Source of the DNA: Eledone cirrhosa
Taxonomy: Eukaryota
Assembly (NCBI GenBank): GCA_964016885.1
Contig: OZ024762.1
Coordinates: forward strand, 24,428,001 to 24,492,000
Direction: 5' to 3'
Length of the DNA stretch: 64,000 nucleotides
Made by a program: the position numbers and the translations under genes. The notes below the pieces were generated by a model. The model did not search any database. It was not told where the DNA came from and was given only the letters and a program-made list of their open reading frames with translations. Below, piece by piece: positions 45,117-57,889 of the stretch. How positions within the stretch are numbered: the stretch's first letter is position 1; each line of letters opens with the position of its first letter.

Positions 45117-45213
45117 CCGGGTGTCCCACAAAAATGTATGCAGACTTTGACTACCTGCATAGGCAATATTTATTAAAATGCTGTTGAAGCATGTATACAT
45201 TTTTTGGGACATC

Positions 45214-45216
<3 letters not shown>
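45117..45216. mobile_element. 100-bp Tc1/mariner-type MITE
   Basis: TIRs CCGGGTGTCCCACAAAAATGTAT / ATACATTTTTTGGGACATCCTG within (TA)n; copies at 55178-55282 and (partial) 17441-17490. Confidence 0.8.
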
Positions 45217-45262
<46 letters not shown>

Positions 45263-45439
45263 TAAATAAATATGTATATATGTATAAATATATATATATA
45301 TGTATATATATATGTATATATATATGTATATATATGTGTCTATATATATATATATATGTGTATATATATATATATATATGTGTATATATATATATATATG
45401 TGTGTATATATATATATATATGTGTCTATATATATATAT

Positions 45440-45477
<38 letters not shown>

Positions 45478-45879
45478 TTATATGTATATGTGTATATATG
45501 TATATATGTATATGTGTATATATGTATATATATATATATGTATATATATATTTATATGTATATGTGTATATATGTATATATATATATATATATGTACATG
45601 TATATATACATATGTGTGTGTGTATAAATATATATGTGTGTGTGTATAAATATATATGTATGTGTGTATATATATATACATATATATATGTACATGTATG
45701 TATGTATATATATATGTGTGTGTATAAATATATAAATATATATAAATATATATATAGGTAGGTAGATAGACAGATGTAACTATATAACTATGTATATATA
45801 TATATGTGTGTATATATGATATAAGCCGAGAACATTCATATAACTGAGATTTCTTTTTTCTCTCCTCCTCCACCTACAG

Positions 45880-46026
45880 CAAACTGATTTAGATGGTGAA
45901 GTACCGGCAACAGCAGTCACACCAGTAACCAGTGTGGCACAAGTCGGCACAACAGGTCCCAAACGCCTTCATGTTTCCAATATCCCCTTCCGGTTCAGGG
46001 AAGCAGATTTAAAAGGTTTATTAGGG
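45880..46026 (+). CDS. RBFOX1: RBFOX/Fox-1 family splicing factor, internal coding exon (N-terminal linker plus start of RRM, RNP2)
   Basis: 147 nt, phase 0. Acceptor ttcttttttctctcctcctccacctacAG, donor GTATGT. Translates QTDLDGEVPATAVTPVTSVAQVGTTGPKRLHVSNIPFRFREADLKGLLG; PKRLHVSNIPFRFR is the Fox-1 RRM signature. Not in the ORF track. The symbol denotes the family, not a specific paralogue. Confidence 0.95.
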
Positions 46027-46099
46027 GTATGTATGTTAACAACATTTTTCTATTTCATTCTTTAAATTTTTTTTTTGTAAAATAAAAAATAAAAATTGT

Positions 46100-46133
46100 T
46101 ATATATATATATATATATATTATATTTCATATA

Positions 46134-46186
<53 letters not shown>

Positions 46187-46305
46187 CATTTACATGTAAT
46201 ATATATATTATATGTAAATTTAATGTAACACAATATATATATATGTGTGAACATATGTATATATATATGCATATATATATATTATATTTTATATATATAT
46301 GTGTG

Positions 46306-46342
<37 letters not shown>

Positions 46343-46486
46343 CATTTACATGTAATATATATACATATATTATATGTATATATTATATGTAAATTTAATG
46401 TAACACAATATATATATATGTGTGAACATATGTATATATATATGCAATATAATATATATATATTATATTTTATATATATATGTGTG

Positions 46487-46517
<31 letters not shown>

Positions 46518-46658
46518 TGCATTTACATGGTAATATATATACATATATTATATGTATATATTATATGTAAATTTAATGTAACACAATATATATATATGTG
46601 TAAACATATGTATATATATATGCATATATATATATTATATTTTATATATATATGTGTG

Positions 46659-46695
<37 letters not shown>

Positions 46696-46833
46696 CATTT
46701 ACATGTAATATATATACATATATTATATGTATATATTATATGTAAATTTAATGTAACACAATATATATATATGTGTAAACATATGTATATATATATGCAT
46801 ATATATATATTATATTTTATATATATATGTGTG

Positions 46834-46868
<35 letters not shown>

Positions 46869-46950
46869 CATTTACATGTAATATATATACATATATTATA
46901 TGTATATATTATATAACACAATATATATATATGTGTGAACATATGTATAT
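46100..46950. repeat. About 175-bp AT-rich tandem repeat just downstream of the RBFOX exon
   Basis: ttgcatttacatgtaat...aaatttaatgtaacacaat, about 5 copies. Confidence 0.8.
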
Positions 46951-47024
46951 ATATGCATATTTTATGCATATATATATATTACTGTATATATGTATGTACA
47001 TATAATATGCATATATTTGTATCA

Positions 47025-47071
<47 letters not shown>

Positions 47072-47624
47072 CGTTGAAGTAATCCATGAAGAATCCTTTA
47101 CAGTTTTGTACAGTTCTTTCTAAAGTGCTGGCATCTGGCCACCTAGGAAGGAATCGAGAAGGAATTGAAACAATAGAGTACAGTGTGTATACATCAAATA
47201 AAATACCAACATACCCTACTACAAGGGTCACTAAGAATGAAGAAGTCACACAGGGTGCTCCCTCCCTCCCTCCCCTCCAATTTTCTGCTTTAGATTTAAT
47301 CCAGTTTGGGGTTATACATCTATCGAGCTTTGAGAAATTTCCTCATGTAAATATACGGAGATGTAACTAGGTTATGTCAAGCATGTCACATGTCATGGAC
47401 ACCACTTGGACTAGGAGTACGTTCTATTAAAGGTAAATAAGTCTTGTCAGAGAGTGAGAAAAGAAACTTCTTCAGATGTATGATCTGTCTTTGATTATAA
47501 AACCCTATGGTGGCTGGATCATTAAACCATTTATCTAAATTATTAGGCCCATAGGTAAAAATACAGTGCTGGACAGGGGTGCAATTTCCCTGCTTGCCAT
47601 AGGTGCTATTTTCCCTAGTTATGC

Positions 47625-48270
47625 CTCTGTAAATATGGTACTTTGGCATAAAATGATTAGATGACAATTTAAAATGAGAACAGTTTGAGGAAACCTAAGA
47701 TTTCAAAACAAAGAATGTGAGCTAGGTTTCTGAGAAGCACTGGACTATATATATATCTATCAAGGTTTACAGGGCTTGCTTATGTAAATATGGTACTTGG
47801 ACATAAAATTACTAGATGACAATTTAAAATGAGATCAGTTTGAGGAAACTTCAGATTTCAAAACAAAAGAATGTGAGCTTGTTTTCTGAGAAGGACAGGA
47901 CTATATATCTATTGAGGTTTACAGGGCTTGCTTATATAATATGGCACTTTGGCATAAAATTACTAGATGACAATTAAAAAGGGAGAGGAATTAAAGAAAC
48001 CTGAGATAGCAAGGTGAGGTATGTGACCTGGGTTACTGAATACCATTTAACTATATATATATATTGAGGTTTACAGGGCTTGCTTATGTAAATATGGCAC
48101 TTGGGCATAAAATTACTAGATGACAATTAAAAGGTAGAAGAATTGAGGAAACCAAAGATTGCAAGGTGAGGTATGTGACCTATGTTTCTGGGATCCATTA
48201 AGCTATACAATTATTTAGGTTTCAAATGTTTGCTTGCGTAAATATGATGATAAAAAATAAAACTAGAGGA
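47625..48270. repeat. About 150-bp diverged tandem repeat
   Basis: ggtttacagggcttgcttatgtaaatatgg...ggcataaaattactagatgacaatt four times. Confidence 0.8.
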
Positions 48271-48368
48271 ATTTGGGGAAATCTTGAATCCCAATGGGAG
48301 AAATGACACCTGGGTCTTTGAGAACCACTTCTTTCTAGATTCTCGTTGAAGCCAATTCAGTTAAACTC

Positions 48369-48530
48369 TTAACCTTTTTTCATTCAAACCGGCTGCTTAT
48401 ACTGATGTTAAGGTTTTGTTCTCAAAATAAACAATATCAAAATCTCATAGATATGATATTATGTGAGATAAAGCCTTTAACACAAAAATACAATAGTATA
48501 TATAGCGTCATATAAATGCTAAAGGGTTAA
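48369..48530 (+). mobile_element. piggyBac MITE, deleted copy
   Basis: Ends aatgctaaagggTTAA. Confidence 0.72.
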
Positions 48531-49005
48531 GACACATTTGTCTTGTAAATTTGGAGTTCATTTTTAGTTAAATATATTCAAAAGAAATTGGTAAAATTTT
48601 TATTTCTATTGTTTTACCCTTGCAGGCCACAAAGAATTCATTGTTGTTGATAAATATTACCCATGTATGTGCACATATATATATATATATATATATATGT
48701 ACATACACAAATAATATATATATATATGTGTATTTGAATACATTATATATATATATATTATACATGTATAATTTTATTCTCTTTTGTATTTCTGAGCATC
48801 ATTTGTGTGGTTATACATACATACATATATACATATATATATGTGTGTGTGTGTGTGTATTAGAGGATTTTGCTTATATCTCTGAAAGAAATCTAATATG
48901 TAAAAAAAAAGAAAATGAAAATAATAGTAAAAAAAAAAATAATAATAGTATTTAGCAATTATTTCACTTAACAAATTTATATAGCTTGGCTGCAATTAAA
49001 TGGAT

Positions 49006-49036
<31 letters not shown>

Positions 49037-49319
49037 TATTATTATGATTATGATGATGATGATGATGATGATGATGATGTGGTTGCCAATTAACAATGAA
49101 TATAATGAATATTTAAAATTTACATTTTTTTAAAGAAATAATAGGAAACTTTAAAATTAAAAAAATATTTAAATTATATAAAAACAAAACAAAACAACAA
49201 AACTTAAAAAGAAAATAGAAATGAGCCCAGTAGGAAGCTGGTATCTGTGTGCCTGTATGTGCATGTAGGTATGAGCATGTGTGTATGTGTTTGTGTGTGT
49301 GTATTTGTTCATACAAATT

Positions 49320-49360
<41 letters not shown>

Positions 49361-49365
<5 letters not shown>

Positions 49366-49827
49366 AACAAGTATGACCCCTACGGCAGAGCTCAGGCTGT
49401 TTCGACGGCTAATTCTGGACTAAATAAGAATTTTTAGCTTGGTAAATAAATAGCCGAACTTCTCAGGGGTTAATTCCTTATATGGGAAGATAGTAATTGT
49501 CAAAAGGATTGGTCAAAAATTTGTTGTAAAGACAGATGATTCTATCATGACATTTGGTGGGAGGTAGGGGTAGCTGAACTTGCTGGTAGAACAAAGAGGG
49601 AGTGGGGGAAACCCAGTCAACTAAATGCCATGATAGAATCAACTGTCTTTACAACAAATTTTTGACCAATCCTTTTGACAATTACTATCTTCCCATATAA
49701 GGAATTATAAGGAATTATCCCCTGAGAAGTTCGGCTATTTATTTACCAGGCTAAAAATTCTTATTTAGTCCAGAATTAGCTGTCGAAACGGCCCGAGCTC
49801 TGCCGTAGGGGTCATACTTGTTCCTAT
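49361..49827. repeat. Long inverted repeat (about 200-bp arms, 60-nt spacer)
   Basis: ataggaacaagtatgacccctacggc...gccgtaggggtcatacttgttcctat. Confidence 0.95.
49717..49812 (+). ncRNA. Hammerhead-like motif with G8A core and extended stem II; antisense copy at about 49376-49471
   Basis: atccc-CTGAGAA-gttcggcta...tagctgtc-GAAACGGC-ccgagctct-GCCGTA-ggggt: stems I, II, III and a GUA triplet are present; the core deviates from CUGANGA. Confidence 0.45.
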
Positions 49828-49903
49828 TACCCACTCTACTACCCTAAGTATTGAGTACTTTGGTGTGTTATGGTCCATCTGGTTCCTTACCACATTTCCT
49901 TTG

Positions 49904-49950
<47 letters not shown>

Positions 49951-50047
49951 ATGCATATGTACATCTATATATATATGCATATATATATGTATATATATAT
50001 ACATATATGTAGGTATATGTATACATTTATATGTATACATATACGTG

Positions 50048-50078
<31 letters not shown>

Positions 50079-50325
50079 TGGCATACATATACATTAGTGA
50101 CAATGCACTGAAAAATATCTGGTTATATTTTAAAAAAAATAATAAGAATGACAATAATAGTTTCCATTCAGCTTAGTGAACCCTAAGGCATGTTGGTGGG
50201 TGTGTTGCTGTTGTTGTTGTTGTTGTTGCTCTTTCTATTACTACTACTACTACTACTATTACTACTACTACTACTCTTACTACTACTACTACTACTACTG
50301 TCACTGCTGCTGTACATATGTGTAT

Positions 50326-50370
<45 letters not shown>

Positions 50371-50437
50371 GTGTGTGTGTATATATATATAACTCACTGG
50401 CGTTTATGTATGTAGGTATGATGGATGTAATGGAATT

Positions 50438-50477
50438 TGCATGCATGTAACATTCCATGCATGTTGTGCCTTGCATG
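50438..50477 (+). promoter_or_regulatory. Cluster of four TGCATG (RBFOX-binding) motifs
   Basis: TGCATG at 50438, 50442, 50458 and 50472, in non-microsatellite sequence within the RBFOX intron. Confidence 0.5.
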
Positions 50478-51173
50478 CTTGGATGAGGACGTGCAATGTT
50501 AACATGTAAATATCACATTCTCTCTCTCTCTTTCTTCCCCCTTCTCTCTCTTCCCCCTTCCCTTTCTCTCTCTTTTATTCTTCTACTCTTTTACTCTTTT
50601 TTCCTCTCTCTCTCTCTCTATTTCTTTTAGTTTCACTCTCTGAATCCTAGTTTCACTTTCACTTTATTACTACTTCAACGGTGGTGGCGGTGGTGGTGAG
50701 TTGTGATGAAATATACAAATTTGGATTTCATTCACAAGAACAATGATGACTGCCCCTCTGCCGCCTTCCATTTTCATAAGTGGTGCGGTGGTGGTGGTGG
50801 TGGTGGTGTCAGCAGTAGTGAGTGGGTGGTAAAGGACATTTAACTGTTCACGCGGAGGGAGAATTGGTTCGATATATATATATATTCCATCCTGTAATTC
50901 TTATTCAAAATCTCATTCCTTTTTTCATCTCTTTCATTCTCATTCTTTTCCTCTCTCATTCTCTATTCTTTCTGTGTTTTTTTTTTTTTTTTTTTTTTTC
51001 GGTAAATTCATTTACTATAAATGACAACAACAATAGCAACAACAATAAATACTATTAGCCTTACTACTACAACTGCTGCAGCAGCAGCAGCAGCAGCAGC
51101 AACAACTTCAGCAACAACAACAGCAACAGCAGTGCCAAAATGTGGCCCTACAATATCTATTGTATAACTAGAT

Positions 51174-51328
51174 CACGGTTTCCTAAACTTTTTTAAACGT
51201 GGAAAATTTTTTGGGGGAACTGTTATTTGGTCATAATATAAATATATTCCTTTACCTTTTTTCATGGAACCCCAGACACTCGTTTGTGGAACCTTTGGGT
51301 TCTGCTAAACCCACTTTGGGAACCACTG
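51174..51328. mobile_element. hAT-type MITE
   Basis: Imperfect TIRs CACGGTTTCCTAAA / TTTGGGAACCACTG; 8-bp near-TSD aactagat / acctagat. Confidence 0.68.
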
Positions 51329-51409
51329 ACCTAGATAAATTATTTCTCAGATATTTCTCAAAATAGATGAGCTAAATCAAAGTTAACCTGGGATTAAATA
51401 ACAATTATA

Positions 51410-52265
51410 ATAATTATTTCTACTTTTGGCACAAGGCCAGCAATTGCCCAGTGCATTACTGGTACTTTATTTCATCAACCCCGTAAGGATGAAAGGCAAA
51501 GTTAATCTCGGCGGGATTTGAACTCAAACCATAAAGGGCCGTAACTCTTTGCTGCAAAAGCATGGCATCCGACCCTCTACCAATACTGCCAATCCACCAC
51601 CCTATATATAACAATTATTATAATTGTTTCTACGTTAGGCACAAGGCCAGCAATTAGCCAGTGTATTACTGGTACTTTATTTTATCGACCCCGTAAGGAT
51701 GTCAGAATTGGCAGTATCGGTAGAGGGTCGGACGCCATGCTTTGACGTATAGAGTTACGGCCCTTGCCATTCTGAGTTCAAATCCCGCCGAGGTTAACTT
51801 TGCCTTTCATCCTTATGGGGTCGATAAAATAAAGTACCAGTAATCTACTGGGTAATTGCTGGCCTTGTGCCAAAAGTAGAAACAATTATAATAATGACAA
51901 GAAGGAAGTCTCTTGGTGGTCTTTCAGCCCACTAATAATAGTAGCCAGATCACTCTCAAATTGTTGTCTCAAATCCCACTAAGGTTAGCTTAACCTTTCA
52001 TCCTTATGGGGTCGATAAAATAAAGTACCAGTAACAACCTGGGGCTGATTTAATCCCCCCCCCCCCAATTGCTGGCCTTGTGCCCAAATCAGAAAACATC
52101 ATAATTATTGGACAACATACTTTCCAGCACAGAGTTGCAGCCCTTTACGTTCTGAGTTCAAATCCCACTGAGGTTCACTTTACCTTATGGGGTCAATAAA
52201 ATAAAGTACCAGTAACACATTTGGGTCAATATAATTGACTTTCCCCTCCCGCCAAAATAGAAACA

Positions 52266-52270
<5 letters not shown>
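51410..52270. mobile_element. Cluster of five SINE family B copies or fragments in both orientations
   Basis: Minus 51410-51600 and 51620-51700; plus 51706-51890, 51969-52100 and 52110-52270. Confidence 0.8.
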
Positions 52271-52312
<42 letters not shown>

Positions 52313-52700
52313 GTAAAGAATATTTATTCCAATGGTCAGACATCTTTACATTTGTCTTTCTATCCCAGATTATATAGATGGGGTGAGGATGGGGGATTCA
52401 CGCTAGGTATTAAAATTTCAAAATCTCATCAAGGGTCGGGTCGGGGAGTGCATAGAGTTAACTTCCCTATTCTGGAATCCTGCAATTTTTTTCTTTTCTT
52501 TGTTCTAGAATGTGTCTTGTGTATTTTGTAAATATTTGTGTATGAGTATTATATTATATGTTCGTGTGAACTTTATGTGTGTGTTTGTGTATCTGTTTAT
52601 TTGTGGAATATGCGCACATACATAATTATGTAATGTACCAAGAGATCAATATCAGCAATAAGAACCCATGTATAGAACTATAGAATTGGCATACCTTATA

Positions 52701-53740
52701 CAAGGAGGCTTCAAATGGTTTGTGGAAAAAGGACAGTTGGAAAAAAAAAACAGTTTAAGTTATGATGTTTATTTTTCAACATATGCTCCAGCTAGGTCAA
52801 TACACTTCTGCAAGGGTTGATACCAGTCTTTAAGTCTCTGTGTTAAACTGAGGGCCATGTGATTTAAACCATGTCAAACAATCGTTGATACCAGCCTTTG
52901 AGTCCATCTGTGTAAAACTGAGGGCCATGTGATTTAAACCATGTCAAACAATCGTTGATACCAGCCTTTGAGTCCATCTGTGTAAAACTGAGGGCCATGT
53001 GATTTAAACCATGTCAAACAATCGTTGATGCCAGCCTTTGAGTCCATCTGTGTAAAACTGAGGGCCATGTGATTTAAACCATGTCAAACAATCGTTGATA
53101 CCAGCCTTTGAGTCTGTGTAAAACTGAGGGCCATGTGATTTAAACCATGTCAAACAATCGTTGATACCAGCCTTTGAGTTCAGCTGTGTAAAACTGAGGG
53201 CCATGTGATTTAAACCGTGTCAAACAATCGTTGATACCAGCCTTTGAGTTCAGCTGTGTAAAACTGAGGGCCATGTGATTTAAACCATGTCAAACAACCG
53301 TTGATACCAGCTTTTAAGTCCATCTGTGTAAAACTGAGGGCCATGTGATTTAAACCATGTCAAAGCAGATTTTTTTTTTACATCTTCAACTGGGGATCAT
53401 CTTCAACCTCATCTCTTCCACTTCTAAAATGACTTATCCATTTGTAGGTTGTTGATTTCTGTGGGGCATTGTCCCCATAAACCTGCTTCAGAGTGTCAAT
53501 GATTTAGTTGCTCTTCCTCTCTAGCCTCACCATGAATTTGATGTTTTGATGGAGGCCATGTTGCTTGAGTGGGTGCTGACTTCCAACTGGTGCTGCCGCG
53601 TTGCAAAATGCATTTAAGGGTTCATGTTAGAACATGTTATGACACGTTAGTACGAGAACGTACAGGTGCATTGAGATCAAAATCCCTGCATATGATCTTT
53701 AGCTATGTACTTTTTCCACAAACTTTTTGAAGCCTTCTTG
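52701..53740 (-). mobile_element. Non-autonomous mariner element with internal tandem expansion
   Basis: TIRs CAAGGAGGCTTCAAATGGTTTGTGGAAAA / TTTTCCACAAACTTTTTGAAGCCTTCTTG, TA flanks; minus strand C-terminus WYQPLQKCIDLAGAYVEK*. Confidence 0.85.
52815..53365. repeat. About 70-bp tandem array inside the mariner element
   Basis: gttgataccagcctttgagtccatctgtgtaaaactgagggccatgtgatttaaaccatgtcaaacaatc, about 8 copies. Confidence 0.9.
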
Positions 53741-54299
53741 TATACAACCCAGATAACCAGATTAGCTTTAGAAATAGGTCTTCAGCCATTAGGAACCAAG
53801 CTAGAAACAGTTCTGTATGGGCAAGACACAGTCATCTGATCTGGCTTATCTGACAACATCAGGGCAAATCGTCTGATCCATGCTAGGTTGGAAAAACAGA
53901 TGTTAAATAGCGATGATGATGATCATCAACATCATTCAAACTGGAAAATTTGCATTGATGAATTAATTTATATTGATTAATGGCCCTGGAAAGTGAATAA
54001 AGATAAGAATGATGTGTTAATAATTTATATCTAGGATATAATTATATATATATATTCAACATATATATAAATGAAGCGTTAGAATGTTGGATAGAATGCT
54101 TTATGGCATTTGTTCCAGCTCTCTACTCTCAGAGTTCAAATCCCACCGAGGTCAAATTTGTCATTCATCTTTTCAAGGTCGATAAAAAAGTACCAGTCTA
54201 GTACTGGGGTAAATTCTTCCTCTATATCTCTTTATCATTTCCTCTCTCTCACTTTCTATCTTTCTCTGGAATAAATCTACTGTACTCAGCCCTGTAGAG

Positions 54300-54627
54300 G
54301 ACTGGACTCTGTCAGGTCAGACCTGGAGAGGGATGGACTCCATCAGGTCAGGCCTGGAGAGGAATAGACTCTGCCAGGTCAGACCTGGAGAGGGATGGAC
54401 TCCATCAGGTCAGGACTGGAGAGGAATGGACTCTGCCAGGTCAGACCTGGAGAGGAATGGGCTCTGCCAGGTCAGACATGGAGAGGGATGGACTCTGCCA
54501 GGTCAGACCTGGAGAGGGATGGACTCTGTCAGGTCAGACCTGGAGAGGGATGGACTCCAGCAGGTCAGACCTGGAGAGGGATGGACTCCACCAGGTCAGA
54601 CCTGGAGAGGGATGGACTCTGTCAGGC
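54300..54627. repeat. 31-bp GC-rich minisatellite
   Basis: ggactctgccaggtcagacctggagagggat, about 10 copies. Confidence 0.9.
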
Positions 54628-54980
54628 TTAAAAACTGCCCAAGAAACGCTGTATGTCAATATGGTGCCCCTACGACTCTATCAGGGGTTACGGGAAAATA
54701 TAGACATACATATAGAATGAATATAGAGTGAATTTGGAAAAATAACCATTTACTGAGACAATTGTAGGGTTAGAACCTAGGACCTTGTGATTGGAAATTG
54801 AACTTGTTATAGCAACATGGCTGACATAGGAGATATGCTATTTGTGTGCGAGTATGAATGTGTGTTTGTACTTTCTGTGGGCCTTAGAAGTTTAAAATAA
54901 GGGACATTTAAAGATGTAGATATCTATATATCTATATCTTAAGATATTGAGTGCATACAGATCATAACCCATTCAATTTT

Positions 54981-55036
<56 letters not shown>

Positions 55037-55177
55037 TATATATATATATATATGGTGCTATTAAAACATATATAAATAATGTTTATACATACACACATAT
55101 ATAAATAATAAATATACATACACACATACTCATATACATATTTTGTGTGAGTATATATATATATATATATATACATA

Positions 55178-55282
55178 CAGGGTCTTCCGTCTTCACCAAA
55201 AATGTATATGCACTTTGATTACCTGTACAGCCAATATTCAGAATGCTGTTGAAGTGTGTATACATTGTTTTGGGACATCTTG
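55178..55282. mobile_element. Copy of the 100-bp Tc1/mariner MITE
   Basis: Homologous to 45117-45216; TA flanks. Confidence 0.72.
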
Positions 55283-55321
55283 TATATATATATATATATG
55301 TACATACACGTATCCATATAT

Positions 55322-55364
<43 letters not shown>

Positions 55365-55450
55365 GTAGGAGGTGAGTTTTATTGTAGTACAATAAAGCAA
55401 TGCAGATATCGGATAAGAAGCACTCTACAGTTTGTAGGACTGGAGTATAC

Positions 55451-55551
55451 ATAATATATAAGATCAAAAGATGGTTAAAAGAGTTCCATGTATTTGTTTT
55501 TGAAATGCGCATAATAAAATACTTGGAACTTTTTTAACCATCTTTTGATCT

Positions 55552-55561
<10 letters not shown>
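55451..55561. repeat. Hairpin (about 45-bp arms) homologous to 12541-12612
   Basis: ataatatataagatcaaaagatggttaaaa...ttttaaccatcttttgatcttatatattat; the loop holds GAAATGCGCATA, the 3' half of the 12504 hammerhead. Confidence 0.88.
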
Positions 55562-55614
<53 letters not shown>

Positions 55615-55777
55615 CACACACACACATACATACATATATTGTGTGTATATATATGTATGTATATCTATATACATACGTGCATACATACACATCTTTATAA
55701 TCCACTAGTCATGCTACCACATGATACAATACCATATGTAATGTAGAAGAAATAAGAACTGTAACCACACCATATAT

Positions 55778-55811
<34 letters not shown>

Positions 55812-55986
55812 AATTACAGTACTGCAGCTATCCATCTGGTTCATCTGGTCACATCATCTTCTCCTGTATTCTTCATCATTCAGTCTTTTAAAAAGTTTCA
55901 GTCAATTACCATCATCAAAAAGTAGAAGACATTTAACGACAGATATGATAATAATATATACTATTTTACCTATTCCAGCCATCTGG

Positions 55987-56053
<67 letters not shown>

Positions 56054-56336
56054 CCCTCTTGGCGGTGTTGGCGAAATAACTCGCCGATAGAGTAATCTTC
56101 CCTTAACATATAATATAGTGTCAAGGAAGGCAATTTATAAAAAACAATTCTGCATCTTAAAGGTTAAATTGAATTGAGCTGTTAGAACTCAGTGCAGTGT
56201 AGATGCGAATATCTCAATTAAAACAGGGTGAAATCCGTATATTTGTGGAAGAATGCTATCAGATCATGTGTTATTGAGAGTATTCAAAGAACTACAGTTA
56301 TATATATGTGTATATATATATTTATATATACACACA

Positions 56337-56381
<45 letters not shown>

Positions 56382-56649
56382 TGAAAAATGAAAACGAAAC
56401 AAAATAAAGGATGAGGTTCATTGTTTTGTTTCATTAATACTTTGTTTTACGATCCTTTCAGAGGGTAAAATGAACCATAATAATATAGATATGTTCAGTA
56501 ATCAATAGCAGTTGTGTAATTTTATAAGAATTAGCCTTGACAAAATAGATCCATCTCAGCGTTTATCATATATATGTACACACACACACACGTTTATTGA
56601 TTTGTATGAGTATATATATACACATATAATATATATATATACACATTAG

Positions 56650-56704
<55 letters not shown>

Positions 56705-56953
56705 ATATATAAGGAAAACCTCACAGATGATGTAAAGAATTTATGTATGTACATAAGTATATGCCACATGTATACATGTAGGCATACACACATGTGCTTT
56801 GATTATTCACATGTAACTTATCCGCTTTCATATTGTCCTTTACCCCCCCCCCCCCCCTACATATATATATATATATATATAAATTGACTATTATTATCGA
56901 TTAAAGTTTAAGCAAAGAATTTCTGCTTTCAGCCTATTGCAGAATCTTCTGAG

Positions 56954-56988
<35 letters not shown>

Positions 56989-57329
56989 CAATCCTTATCG
57001 AGCCCCCTTGAAGGGTCCAACCAGAAGCGACTGTCTCCATATGATCTTGTTGGATCCCCAAGTCTAAGGCAGACCATGAGCAAAATGGTTGAATATATAT
57101 ATATATATATATATAGGCGCACACACATATATCTATGTATGTGTATATATAGTGCCATAGAACTTCTTCCCTTGCCTTAATTTGATCCCTACAATTTTAT
57201 TATACTTCATCAGTTTAGCTTCAGTTCCAAACCATGTTTCTAGTCCCATTTTCTTATGACCCCACATAAATCTGGCTCTCTACACCTTTGGTGTCCCTTA
57301 TTTTCCATTCCCATTAAACCCCACCTAAA

Positions 57330-57740
57330 TTTAGTCTTACAATATACCCTTATTTTCCCCTATTTCACATTCTCACATGACCCTACATTATAAGTGCCTT
57401 ACAATTTTCCCTAATTGTGTCCCCTTTTTCACATTCTCCCATGACCCTACTTAACTCTAGTTTCATAATATTCCCGAATAAATCCCTATTTCACATTGTC
57501 TCTACATTATAATATCCTTACAATAAACCCTAATTGTGTCCCCTATTTCACATTCTTACATGACCCTACAACATAATGGCCTTAAAATAAACCCAATTAT
57601 GTCACCTATTTTACATTCTAAATGACCCTACAATATAATTGCCTTAAACCCCAATTATGTCCCCTATTTCACATTCTCACATGAGCCTACATTATTATTG
57701 CCTTACAATAAACCCTTATTATGTCCCCTATTTTACACCC
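57330..57740. repeat. About 60-bp diverged tandem repeat upstream of the 54-nt exon
   Basis: cccctatttcacattctcacatgaccctaca...ccttacaat, about 6 copies. Confidence 0.75.
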
Positions 57741-57835
57741 TCCCAATATACTCCTCAATATACCCTCAATATGCTCTCGTTATAACCGTATCTCTTCATC
57801 GTGAAGTATTAGTGGTAACCATATTCTTTTTTCAG

Positions 57836-57889
57836 CAATTCGGACATATTTTAGACGTAGAAATAATCTTTAATGAACGGGGATCAAAG
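57836..57889 (+). CDS. RBFOX1: RBFOX/Fox-1 54-nt RRM exon (QFGHILDVEIIFNERGSK)
   Basis: Acceptor ttcttttttcAG, donor GTAAGT. In frame with the previous exon; matches vertebrate QFGKILDVEIIFNERGSK, with the same 54-nt length as I recall it. I did not find the next exon (GFGFVTF) in the window. Confidence 0.96.

Larger units (their letters stand above)
46027..57835 (+). other. RBFOX intron (11.8 kb, GT-AG, phase 0)
   Basis: Bounded by the two RRM exons. Confidence 0.88.

Noticed and set aside
51070-51135. PolyQ-like (CAG/CAA)n exon
   Set aside because: No flanking splice signals, and it would interrupt the contiguous RRM
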